Shown in pieces: positions 10,888-20,016 of a stretch of DNA of 64,000 nt. The stretch's first letter is position 1. Every line of letters begins with the position of its first letter. The stretch is from an uncultured bacterium (GTDB taxonomy: Bacteria > Krumholzibacteriota > Krumholzibacteriia > Krumholzibacteriales > Krumholzibacteriaceae). The DNA is taken from positions 81,790-145,789 of the forward strand of contig CAWBAN010000003.1 in the NCBI GenBank assembly GCA_963786935.1, read 5' to 3'. Both the position numbers and the translations under genes were made by a program. Under the pieces are notes generated by a model that saw only the letters and a list, made by a program, of their open reading frames with translations, did not search any database and was not told where the DNA came from.

Positions 10888-11223
10888 TCAGATGCGGACC
10901 TTCCCCGGCGGGCGCCGCTCGGGCACGTAGACGCGGGGGACCGTTCCCTCGTTCCATGCGGCCGAGACGTAGAGGTTGCAGTAGCAGCTGCCGAATTCCT
11001 TCACGTCCGGTTCCCGGTAGGCGCACGGACACGTGATGTCCCGGTCCCATTCCCGGTCCCCCGAGGCGAGCCTGCAGGGGCAGGCCATATAGCCGTAGCG
11101 CTTCTTGTTGACGAGGAGCGCCTCGAGGAGCTCCTCGGTCCGCGCGCGGTCCGCGTTGAAGTGGTAACCTTTCGGCTCCTGCAGCTTTCTCAAACGCTCG
11201 TAAAGCTCGCCGGCTTCGCTCAT
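10888..11223 (-). CDS. Ferredoxin:thioredoxin reductase catalytic subunit-like protein
   Basis: CPCR, CPC and CYC motifs; ATGA overlap with the upstream glutaredoxin. Confidence 0.9.
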   Translation of the reverse strand: MSEAGELYERLRKLQEPKGYHFNADRARTEELLEALLVNKKRYGYMACPCRLASGDREWDRDITCPCAYREPDVKEFGSCYCNLYVSAAWNEGTVPRVYVPERRPPGKVRI

Positions 11224-11477
11224 CTCACACCCAACGCTTCCTTGATCTTGTCTTCCCTGTTCCCGACGATGACCGTGTCGCCGATCAGAATCGTCGGGAA
11301 GGAGCAGAGCGGATTGTACTTCTTGACCTCTTCGAGGACCGCCGCGCGGGCGCTCCCCTCGAGGAGGTCGACGTCGACGTAATCGTACTTGACCCCGAGG
11401 GAGCTCATGAGGGTCTTCGCGGCCCTGCAGTGGCTGCAGGTGCTCAGGGTATACATCTTCACGGGTTTGTGCTGCAC
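11220..11477 (-). CDS. Glutaredoxin/NrdH-like protein
   Basis: YTLSTCSHC and SFPT (cis-Pro) motifs. Confidence 0.9.
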   Translation of the reverse strand: MQHKPVKMYTLSTCSHCRAAKTLMSSLGVKYDYVDVDLLEGSARAAVLEEVKKYNPLCSFPTILIGDTVIVGNREDKIKEALGVR

Positions 11478-11671
11478 GTCCGTCCCCTTTCCGTCTCTGC
11501 GGTGTGGTGGCCGGCGCGCCGCCGAGCCGCGCGCGCGTGGGGCTATTCTCCCACACGAGCTGCGCCTCGTCGAGTCAATTGTGAACGGCGCGAATTCGAC
11601 GCGTTCGGCGCGGCGCGCCGCCGAATATTTTCCTCCATGATTCGCCGTTCCCGGGGGTATAATGCCCCGCT

Positions 11672-13180
11672 ATGGACCGATGCGCGGGCATTCTCCTCCA
11701 CATCACGTCGCTCCCGTCGCGCCACTCGATCGGGGACCTCGGCTCGGGCGCGTACGCCTTCGCCGATTTCCTCGCGAGCGCGAAGCAGAGCCTCTGGCAG
11801 GTGCTGCCGCTCAATCCCACCGACGGGGCGCACGGCAACTCCCCCTACAGCAGCGTGTCGGCCTTCGCGGGGAACGTGCTCCTCGTCAGCCCCGAGCTCC
11901 TCGTCGACGAGGGGCTGCTCCGTCCCGAGGAGGCGCCGCCGCCGGCGCGCTCCGCGCTCGACCGCGTCGACTACCGCGCGGCCGCGATCGAAAAGCGGCG
12001 GATCCTCGAGACGGCATACGAGCGGTTCCGGTCCACGGGACGGTGGCAGGACGAGTACCGGCGGTTCCGCGCCCTCAACGCCCGCTGGCTCGACGACTAC
12101 GCGCTCTTCCTCGTTCTCAAGAAACAGTTCGGCGGCGTCGTCTGGAGCGAATGGCCCCGCGAGTTCCGGGACCGCGACGAGATCGCCCTCGGCGACGCCC
12201 GGAGCCTCTACGCCGCCGACATCGAGCGCACGTGCTTCTATCAGTACCTCTTCTTTCGGCAGTGGGCGGCCCTCAAGGCGTACTGCGGCGGCAAGGGGGT
12301 GCGGATCGTCGGCGACATCCCGATCTACGTCGGCTACGACAGCGCGGACGTCTGGACCCGGCGCCGCTTCTTCAAGCTCGATGCCGACGGCAGGCCGAAG
12401 TTCGTCGCGGGCGTGCCGCCGGACTATTTCAGCGAGACGGGACAGCTCTGGGGCAATCCCGTGTACGACTGGGACGCGCTGGCGGCCGACGGGTTCGGGT
12501 GGTGGATCGACCGGTTCGCCCACAACCTCGGCCTGTTCGACTTCGTTCGCGTGGATCATTTCCGCGGTTTCGTCGGGTACTGGGAGGTGGGCGCGGGGGA
12601 GAAGACCGCCGTCAGGGGGCGCTGGGTCAAGGCGCCCGCCGACGAGTTCTTCGGCGCGCTCCGCGCGAAATTTCCCGGCTTCCCGCTCATCGCTGAGGAT
12701 CTCGGGATCATCACGCCCGACGTGAAGGAGCTCATGGCGCGGCTCGGCATCCCCGGCATGCGCGTCCTCCTCTTCGCCTTCGGCGAGGACAATCCGGAGC
12801 ATCCCTATCTCCCGGTCAACTACGTCGAGAACTGCGTCGCCTATACGGGTACCCACGACAACAACACGGCGCGCGGCTGGTTCGAGCACGAGGCGCTGCC
12901 GGAGGAGCTGGAGCGCCTCTCCCTGTATCTCGGAAAGGAGCTCGCCGCCGGCACGATCCACCTCGATCTCGTCCGGCTCGTCATGGAATCGATCGCCGGC
13001 GCCGCCGTCATCCCGATGCAGGACGTGATCGGGCTCGGCGAGGAGGCGCGGATGAACCGCCCGGCGATTCCCCACGGGAACTGGGAGTGGCGCTGCCTTC
13101 GCGATCAGATCGGCCGGCCGGCGGCCGAAGCGCTCGCCGCGATGGTCGAGCGCTGCGGGAGGGCGCCGCGCACGCCATGA
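11672..13180 (+). CDS. malQ: 4-alpha-glucanotransferase (GH77)
   Basis: GILLHITSLP, WQVLPL, GQLWGNP, RVDHFRGF, IAEDLG and YTGTHDN motifs. Confidence 0.95.
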   Translation: MDRCAGILLHITSLPSRHSIGDLGSGAYAFADFLASAKQSLWQVLPLNPTDGAHGNSPYSSVSAFAGNVLLVSPELLVDEGLLRPEEAPPPARSALDRVDYRAAAIEKRRILETAYERFRSTGRWQDEYRRFRALNARWLDDYALFLVLKKQFGGVVWSEWPREFRDRDEIALGDARSLYAADIERTCFYQYLFFRQWAALKAYCGGKGVRIVGDIPIYVGYDSADVWTRRRFFKLDADGRPKFVAGVPPDYFSETGQLWGNPVYDWDALAADGFGWWIDRFAHNLGLFDFVRVDHFRGFVGYWEVGAGEKTAVRGRWVKAPADEFFGALRAKFPGFPLIAEDLGIITPDVKELMARLGIPGMRVLLFAFGEDNPEHPYLPVNYVENCVAYTGTHDNNTARGWFEHEALPEELERLSLYLGKELAAGTIHLDLVRLVMESIAGAAVIPMQDVIGLGEEARMNRPAIPHGNWEWRCLRDQIGRPAAEALAAMVERCGRAPRTP

Positions 13181-14397
13181 GCACCGACGCGATCGTTGTC
13201 GCCGTTTTCGGCTTCGTCTACGCGGGCATGATCCTCGGCCGCATCCCCGGCCTCGCCCTCGACCGGACGGGGGTAGCCCTTCTCGGGGCGATCGCGCTCG
13301 TCACCCTCGGCCGCGTCACGGTGCCGCAGCTCTCGACCGTGGTGGACGTACCGACGATCGCGCTCCTCTTCGGCCTCATGGTCGTCTCGGCGCAGTTCCG
13401 GATGAGCGGCTTCTACACGCGGCTCGTGAGGGGCATCGCCCGCGTCGACGTTTCCCCCCCGGCTCTCCTCGCGCTCCTCGTCGCCGTCGCCGGAGCCCTC
13501 TCGGCGCTGCTCGCGAACGACATCGTCTGCCTCGCCGTGGCCCCGGTCCTCGTGGAAGGCTGCGCGCGCCGGCGCCTGAACCCGAAGCCGTACCTCCTCG
13601 CGCTCGCGTGCGCCGCGAACGTCGGTTCGGCGGCGACGCTGATCGGGAATCCCCAGAACATGCTCATCGGGCAGGTGCTGCGGCTCTCGTTCGGCCGGTA
13701 TCTCCTCGACGCGGGCGTGCCCGCGATACTCGGGCTCTTCATCGTCTGGGGCGTCATCTGCCTGTTCTATCGGGGGCGCTGGGAGCAGGACACCCGGATC
13801 CCGACCGTCGAGCAGACCCCCTTCGACACGTGGCAAACGGTGAAGGGAATCGCCGTCCTCGCCGCGCTCGTCGTCGCCTTCCTCGCGGCCCCCTGGCCGC
13901 GGGAGGTTCTCGCGCTCGCCGCGGCGGGCTACCTCCTCTGCTCGCGCCGCATGGAGTCGCGGGAGATCCTCGGGCTCGTCGACTGGCAGCTCCTCGTTCT
14001 CTTCATGTCGCTCTTCGTCGTCAACCACGCGCTCGCCGCCTCGGGGAGCATGGACGCGTTCACCGGCGCCCTCGCCGGGCGCGGCGTCGATCTCGCCCGG
14101 CCCCCGTGGCTCTTCGGTTCGAGCGTCGTTCTCTCGAACCTCGTCTCGAACGTCCCGGCGGTGATGCTGCTTCTGCCGTCGGCTTCGCATCCGCTCGCCG
14201 GCCCGATCCTCGCGCTCTCGTCGACCCTGGCCGGCAACCTCCTCATCGTCGGTTCCATCGCCAACATCATCGTCGTCGACCAGGCCCGCCGCCTCGGCGT
14301 TTCGATTTCGTGGCGCGAGCACGCCGCGATCGGCGTGCCGGTCACCCTGCTCACCCTCGCCGTCGCGGCGGGGTGGCTCGCCCTGCGGGCGTTTTAG
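13177..14397 (+). CDS. ArsB/NhaD/SLC13-superfamily anion transporter
   Basis: Multi-TM; LANDIVC, ANVGSAATLIGNPQN, SNLVSNVPA and GSIANIIV motifs. Confidence 0.88.
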   Translation: MSTDAIVVAVFGFVYAGMILGRIPGLALDRTGVALLGAIALVTLGRVTVPQLSTVVDVPTIALLFGLMVVSAQFRMSGFYTRLVRGIARVDVSPPALLALLVAVAGALSALLANDIVCLAVAPVLVEGCARRRLNPKPYLLALACAANVGSAATLIGNPQNMLIGQVLRLSFGRYLLDAGVPAILGLFIVWGVICLFYRGRWEQDTRIPTVEQTPFDTWQTVKGIAVLAALVVAFLAAPWPREVLALAAAGYLLCSRRMESREILGLVDWQLLVLFMSLFVVNHALAASGSMDAFTGALAGRGVDLARPPWLFGSSVVLSNLVSNVPAVMLLLPSASHPLAGPILALSSTLAGNLLIVGSIANIIVVDQARRLGVSISWREHAAIGVPVTLLTLAVAAGWLALRAF

Positions 14398-14593
14398 CGG
14401 CGAATGGCCCTTCTGGTCCGCATTATGCTATGCCGCTCACGGGAAGGTGTGCCGGAAAAACGGGGGGCGGCGGCGATCCGGGAGACGCCCGAAAGATTTT
14501 TTGAAAATCGTGAGATTGTCGCTTGTAATTTTTGAGGCCTTGTATATATTGCATCACGATTGATCGAAGAAACGCACAGGAGGAACCTGAAAA

Positions 14594-14812
14594 ATGAGGA
14601 CCAATATTCCGTGCATCTCGTTCGGATGCCTGGTTAAGCCGGTAGCGGCGGCGCATGGCGCGCTCCTCGGTTTGGCGGGCGACGGCGCCCGCGGTGAATT
14701 GGATTCGAGATTCGGATATTCAAGCATAGCGCGGCCACGGAGCCGCTGCAGTATGGAGGGACCGGTTGATGGAAACGCAAGCTTCAACGCATCACGCTAC
14801 CGATGTTACTAG
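14594..14812 (+). CDS. Possible upstream small ORF (72 aa) before kamA-like gene
   Basis: AGGAGG at 14578-14583 about 10 nt before ATG; no recognisable family; overlaps the kamA-like start. Confidence 0.25.
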   Translation: MRTNIPCISFGCLVKPVAAAHGALLGLAGDGARGELDSRFGYSSIARPRSRCSMEGPVDGNASFNASRYRCY

Positions 14813-16100
14813 CGGAGAACAAAGCGAGGATCATCCTCCGCATTTATCTGGCTGCCTCGGTCCATTGTTCGACGGACAGATTTCTCCCCAGACAAGCATC
14901 ATTCATCATTCGCGCGTCTCCGGCGCGAGACCGCTCGCGGGCAAGCGCCCGAGCTTGAGCTCGCGCGTCCGGCTGTTCCGCCGCGCGTTTTTCCCCGAGG
15001 TGAGCGACCGCGACTGGAACGACTGGCGCTGGCAGATACGGAATCGCGTGCAGGACATCGCCCAGTTCGAGCGCATGCTCTCGCTCTCGGGCGACGAGCG
15101 CACCGCCATCGAGAAGGGCGGATCGCTCCTTCCCGTCGGCGTGACGCCGTACTACATGAGCCTGCTCTCGTACGACAACCCCGCGCAGGCCCTGCGCCGG
15201 ACGGTCATCCCGAGCACCGGCGAGTTCGTATGCTCGCCCGGCGAGTCCGCCGATCCGCTCGCGGAGGAGGCGACGAGCCCCGTGCCGGGTCTCGTTCACC
15301 GTTATCCGGACCGCGTGCTGCTCCTCGTGTCGGATTTCTGCTCGACCTACTGCCGCTACTGCACGCGCTCGCGCGTCGTGGGGCAGGGCGTGCTCCATCC
15401 GGCGGCGGCCCGGCTCGAGAAGGCGTTCGAATACATCCGCCTCAATCCCCAGATCCGCGACGTCCTCGTGTCGGGCGGGGAGCCGCTCGCGCTGAGCGAC
15501 GACCGGCTCGACTGGATCCTCTCGGAGCTCAGGCGCATTTCGCACGTCGAGATCGTGCGGATCGGGACGAAGGCGCCCGTCGTGCTGCCGCAGCGGATCA
15601 CGCCGCAGCTCACGCGGATGCTCCGCAGGCACCATCCGGTCTGGATGAGCATCCACTTCACCCACCCCGACGAGTGCACGGCCGAGGCGAGCCGCGCCTG
15701 CGCGCAGCTCGCGGACGCCGGCATCCCCCTCGGATCCCAGACGGTGCTCCTCAAGGGGATCAACGACAACGTCGAGACGATGAAGCGGCTCGTGCAGCGC
15801 CTCATGGCGATGCGCGTCCGGCCCTACTACATCTACCAGTGCGACCCGATCTACGGCTCGTCGCATTTCAGGACGTCCGTCGAGACCGGGATCGAGATCA
15901 TCCGGGGTCTCCGGGGATTCACGAGCGGCTACGCCGTTCCCACGTTCGTCATCGACGCCCCCGGCGGCGGGGGGAAGACCCCCGTCATGCCCGATTACGT
16001 CGTCGGACGGGAAGGGGATCACGTCGTGCTGCGCAATTACGAGGGCAATCTCTATCGCTACTACGATCCCCAGCCGGGCGGGGCGCTCGCGCGCGTCTAG
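14769..16100 (+). CDS. KamA-family radical SAM/PLP amino-acid 2,3-aminomutase
   Basis: WNDWRWQ, GLVHRYPDR, CSTYCRYC, PYYIYQCD and DAPGGGGK motifs. Confidence 0.93.
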   Translation: METQASTHHATDVTSGEQSEDHPPHLSGCLGPLFDGQISPQTSIIHHSRVSGARPLAGKRPSLSSRVRLFRRAFFPEVSDRDWNDWRWQIRNRVQDIAQFERMLSLSGDERTAIEKGGSLLPVGVTPYYMSLLSYDNPAQALRRTVIPSTGEFVCSPGESADPLAEEATSPVPGLVHRYPDRVLLLVSDFCSTYCRYCTRSRVVGQGVLHPAAARLEKAFEYIRLNPQIRDVLVSGGEPLALSDDRLDWILSELRRISHVEIVRIGTKAPVVLPQRITPQLTRMLRRHHPVWMSIHFTHPDECTAEASRACAQLADAGIPLGSQTVLLKGINDNVETMKRLVQRLMAMRVRPYYIYQCDPIYGSSHFRTSVETGIEIIRGLRGFTSGYAVPTFVIDAPGGGGKTPVMPDYVVGREGDHVVLRNYEGNLYRYYDPQPGGALARV

Positions 16101-16123
16101 GAGGCGGGGCCGATTTCCGGAGC

Positions 16124-17131
16124 ATGAAGATAGGCCTCACATACGATCTCAGGTCGGAGTATCTCGCCATGGGCTACGGCGAGGAGGAGACCGCCGAGTT
16201 CGATCGGGAGGAAACGATCGACGAGCTCGAGGGGGCCGTTCGCCGGCTCGATCACGCGACCGACCGGATCGGCAGCGCCCGGCGGCTCGTCGAGCGGCTC
16301 GCCGCGGGGGACCGCTGGGATCTCGTGTTCAACATCGCCGAGGGGCTCCGCGGGCTCGGCCGCGAGGCGCAGGTGCCGGCGATTCTCGACCTCTACGGCA
16401 TCCCGTACACCTTCTCCGATCCGCTCGTCATGGCGCTCACCCTGCACAAGGGCATGACGAAGCACGTCGTCCGCGACGCCGGGATTCCGACGTGCGATTT
16501 CGCGATCGTCGAGAGCGAGGCGGATGCCGGGGCGGTCCGCTTCGGGCCTCCCTATTTTCTCAAGCCCGTCGCCGAGGGGACGAGCAAGGGGATCACGTCG
16601 AAGTCGATCGTGAAGGATCGCGCGGCGCTCGGGCCGCTCTGCGGCGAGCTCGTCCGGGAGTTCAAGCAGCCCGTCATCGTCGAGGAGTTCCTGCCGGGCC
16701 GGGAGTTCACCGTCGGCGTCCTCGGCACGGGGCCGCGGGCCGAGGCGATCGGAAGCCTCGAGATGGGCCTTCGGCCGGGCGCCGAGGACAACGTGTACTC
16801 GTACGTCAACAAGGAGCAGTGCGAGGAGCTCGTCGAGTACATCCTCGTCAGGCCCGACGGCGACGCCGCGGTGCGCGAGGCGGAGCGCATCGCGCTGAAG
16901 GCGTGGCGGATTCTCGGCTGCCGCGACGCCGGACGGGTCGACCTGCGGTGCGACGGGCGCGGGCGGCCGCAGTTCGTCGAGATCAATCCCCTCGCGGGGC
17001 TGCACCCCTCTCATTCCGACCTCCCCATATTGTGCACGAAGCTCGGCATACCGTACGTGTCACTCATCGACCGCATCCTGCGTTCCGCCGCCGAACGGGT
17101 GGAACGCGAAGCGGCTCACCCTCGCCCGTAA
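16124..17131 (+). CDS. Ddl-like ATP-grasp ligase 1
   Basis: VFNIAEG, KPVAEGTSKGI, EEFLPGREFTV, RVD and EINPLAG motifs. Confidence 0.88.
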   Translation: MKIGLTYDLRSEYLAMGYGEEETAEFDREETIDELEGAVRRLDHATDRIGSARRLVERLAAGDRWDLVFNIAEGLRGLGREAQVPAILDLYGIPYTFSDPLVMALTLHKGMTKHVVRDAGIPTCDFAIVESEADAGAVRFGPPYFLKPVAEGTSKGITSKSIVKDRAALGPLCGELVREFKQPVIVEEFLPGREFTVGVLGTGPRAEAIGSLEMGLRPGAEDNVYSYVNKEQCEELVEYILVRPDGDAAVREAERIALKAWRILGCRDAGRVDLRCDGRGRPQFVEINPLAGLHPSHSDLPILCTKLGIPYVSLIDRILRSAAERVEREAAHPRP

Positions 17132-17138
17132 GGTCGTC

Positions 17139-18203
17139 ATGCGCGTCGCGATTCTCTTCAATGCCGTGAGCGAACAGGCGAAGACGGACGAGCTCGACGT
17201 GCTCGTGCAGCTCGACGCCGTGCACGCGGCGCTCGGCCGGCTCGGGCACGAGGCGATCAAGGTGCCGTGCGGCTTCGACGTGAGCGCCGTCGTCGCCGAG
17301 CTCGACGCGTTCAGGCCCGACGCGGTGTTCAACCTCGTCGAGTGCCTCGAGGGGTACGGGCGGCTCATCTTTCTCGTGCCGGCCGTCCTCGACGCGAAGG
17401 GAATCGCGTATACCGGCTCCCCGGCGGAAGCGCTGTTCCTCACGTCCCACAAGGTGCTCGCCAAGGAGCGGATACGGGCCGGCGGGCTCCCGACGCCCGA
17501 TTGGATCGGCCCGTGGCCCGGCGGCGGAATGGCGCCGATCGTCGAGCGGCGCGCCCGCACGCGGCGCAAACCGAGCTACATCGTCAAGGCCGTCTGGGAG
17601 CACGCGTCCTTCGGCATGGACGACGACGTCGTCGTCCGGCAGGCGGACGAGGCGAAGCTCCGGCGGCTGATGGAGGAATGGTCGCCGCGCCTGCGCGGCG
17701 AGTGCTTCGCCGAGGAATTCATCGACGGCAGGGAATACAACATCTCCGTCATCGCGACCCCCGACGGGCCGCGCGTGCTGCCGGTCGCGGAGATCCTCTT
17801 CATCGATTACCCGAAGGACAAGCCGAAGATCGTGAGCTACAAGGCCAAATGGGAGGAGGATTCGATCGAATATCGCAGCACGCCCCGCAGCTTCGATCAT
17901 TCCCCCGATGACGCGAAGCTCCACGAGGATCTCCGCCGCCTCAGCAGGACCGCGTGGGACCTCTTCGCGCTGAGCGGGTACGCCCGGGTCGATTTCCGCG
18001 TCGACCGCAAGGGGCGTCCATCCATTCTCGAGATCAACGCGAATCCCTGCATTTCGCCCGATTCGGGGTTCATCGCCGCGGCGCAGCAGGGAGGCTTCGA
18101 TTACGACGCCGTCATCCGCGGCATTCTCGAGGACGCGGTCCGCAAGCCGCGCTGCGCGCCGTCCGTCGGGACCGATCCGAAGGCCGGGGAAGGCCGCTCA
18201 TGA
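17139..18203 (+). CDS. Ddl-like ATP-grasp ligase 2
   Basis: VFNLVE, IVKAVWEHASFG, EEFIDGREY, YARVDFR and EINANP motifs. Confidence 0.88.
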   Translation: MRVAILFNAVSEQAKTDELDVLVQLDAVHAALGRLGHEAIKVPCGFDVSAVVAELDAFRPDAVFNLVECLEGYGRLIFLVPAVLDAKGIAYTGSPAEALFLTSHKVLAKERIRAGGLPTPDWIGPWPGGGMAPIVERRARTRRKPSYIVKAVWEHASFGMDDDVVVRQADEAKLRRLMEEWSPRLRGECFAEEFIDGREYNISVIATPDGPRVLPVAEILFIDYPKDKPKIVSYKAKWEEDSIEYRSTPRSFDHSPDDAKLHEDLRRLSRTAWDLFALSGYARVDFRVDRKGRPSILEINANPCISPDSGFIAAAQQGGFDYDAVIRGILEDAVRKPRCAPSVGTDPKAGEGRS

Positions 18204-18228
18204 GCGAACACGACGGAGGTGCCGCGCG

Positions 18229-18744
18229 TTGAACGGGAAAGCCCCGGAATCGGGCTCGATGAGCGGCGTTTCGTTCCGCCACGACGTGCGTCCCGATGAC
18301 TGCGGGACGGTGCGTGATATCGTCGCGGCGACGGGCTATTTCACGCCGAGCGAGGTCGACGTCGCGGTCGAGCTCGTGCAGGAGAATCTCGCCAAGGGCG
18401 CCGCGGCGAGCGGATATCATTTCATTTTCGCCGAGCACGGGGGGAAGACGATCGGCTACCTCTGCTACGGGCCGATCCCGTGCACGATCTCGAGCCACAA
18501 CCTCTACTGGATCGCCGTTGATCCCCGCCACCAGGGCAAAGGGCTCGGCAAGGCGCTTATGCGCGAGGCCGAGAAATTGATCGGGGAGGCGGGGGGCACG
18601 CGCATCTACATCGACACTTCCTACAAGGCTCAGTATGAGGACACGAGGGCCTTCTACCTGTCGCTCGGGTACGAGCTCGACGCGCTCCTCAGGGATTTCT
18701 ACGCTCCCGGCGACGACAAGGTGATCTACCGGAAGCTGCTCTGA
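18229..18744 (+). CDS. GNAT-family N-acetyltransferase
   Basis: LYWIAVDPRHQGKGLG acetyl-CoA motif A; AFYLSLGY motif B. Confidence 0.9.
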   Translation: MNGKAPESGSMSGVSFRHDVRPDDCGTVRDIVAATGYFTPSEVDVAVELVQENLAKGAAASGYHFIFAEHGGKTIGYLCYGPIPCTISSHNLYWIAVDPRHQGKGLGKALMREAEKLIGEAGGTRIYIDTSYKAQYEDTRAFYLSLGYELDALLRDFYAPGDDKVIYRKLL

Positions 18745-18769
18745 GCGCCGGCCGGTATCAGCGGCGCGT

Positions 18770-20016
18770 TCAATCGGGGGAGACGAGCGCTCCCGCGCCG
18801 AGCGCGCCGATAAGGACCGTCCCGTACGAGCCGCGCGGCAGGAAGAATCTCACGAAACGCTTGAATCGTCCCGCGCCGGCGCCGGCGTCGTCCGCCTCGA
18901 CCGGGCCGAGCGTGAAATCCGTGGCGTCGACGAAGAGCGGCCGCTCGACCTCTCCGAACGGAAGGCCGCGAAGGCCCGGGACGCGCAGAGCGCTCAGCGC
19001 GACGCGTTCGCCGGCGAGCGCGGCCTCGGCGGCGCTTCGCCACGGATCCTCGAGCTTCGTCTCCGGCGAGAACAGCGGAACGAGCGTCCCGGCGAGTCCG
19101 GGAGGAATCGCCGAGGCGCGCGGCGTCGCCGGATCGCCGAAACGCGAGGGGATCCCGATCAGCGGCGGGGCGCACGCCTCCGCGACGAAGCGCCGCGCGA
19201 CGTCGTTCCAGAGCTTGGACTGGTACGCCTCGATCGAGATCCGGCGGATGAACGGCGGAAGCGCGCCGAAGCCGGCGCGGAAATCCCCGCCGGTCCCGGC
19301 GAGACGCTCGATGACCGCCCGCTCGGGGCAGGGGGGAGCTTCCGCGCGAGCGAGTCCCAGTTCCCCCACGCGGCGGCGATCGCGCGCTTGATCTCCTTGC
19401 GCTCCCGCGAATCCTTCCGGTCCGGGACGGCGATGAGCAGCTCGAGCGCCCCTTCGAAGTCCCCGTCGATGAGCCGCCGGGCGGCGAATCCCCTGCCGTG
19501 CCGCGCCGAGCCGAACCGCTGCTCGCCGAAGTAATTCACAAAACGCAGCGCGCGGCCCCCGGCGCCGGGAAGCGCGAGGAGCCGTCTCGCCTCCGTCATG
19601 CGCGCGCACTGGCGCCGGGTCAGGCCCCGCACCGTCACGCGGAACCGGTTGCCCGATATGTCCCCGGCGGAAAGGGGGGCATCGAGCGCCCCGATTCTCT
19701 CGATGCTCCATCCGGCCGTCCCGTCGGTTTCGGGAGCGCGCTCGGCGTCGCGGCGGGGGAACCGGACCGACACGTGCTGAACGGTGAGCGCGTGCCGGTC
19801 CTTGAGCCCGGCGTGGCCGATCCGCTCGAGCGGCACGCGAAGCCGCGCCGAGACGCGCTCGAGCGCCTCGAGAGTGCCGAGGTCGCGCTTCGTGAGCCGG
19901 TAGATGACGAAAGGGCCGGGGGACGCCGCTGCGCGCGCCGCGGCAACGCGCCTCGCCGCGGCGGGGGCGAGCACTTCCTCGACCATGAAATCCTCAGGGC
20001 GGCTCTTGATCTTCAC
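18770..20016 (-). CDS. truD: tRNA pseudouridine(13) synthase; frameshift near 19331-19336
   Basis: KIKSRPEDFMVEE, AGLKDRHALT, GNRF and NYFGEQRFG in one frame; AYQSKLWN and FFLPRGSYGT in the other. Confidence 0.88.

Noticed and set aside
14769-16100. epmB, lysine-fermentation kamA or glutamate 2,3-aminomutase
   Set aside because: No efp/epmA or kamDE/kdd in the window; the two substrate Asp residues argue against glutamate
16124-18203. Housekeeping ddl or van resistance cluster
   Set aside because: No mur or van genes nearby, atypical N-termini and omega loops, and embedded between kamA-like and GNAT genes
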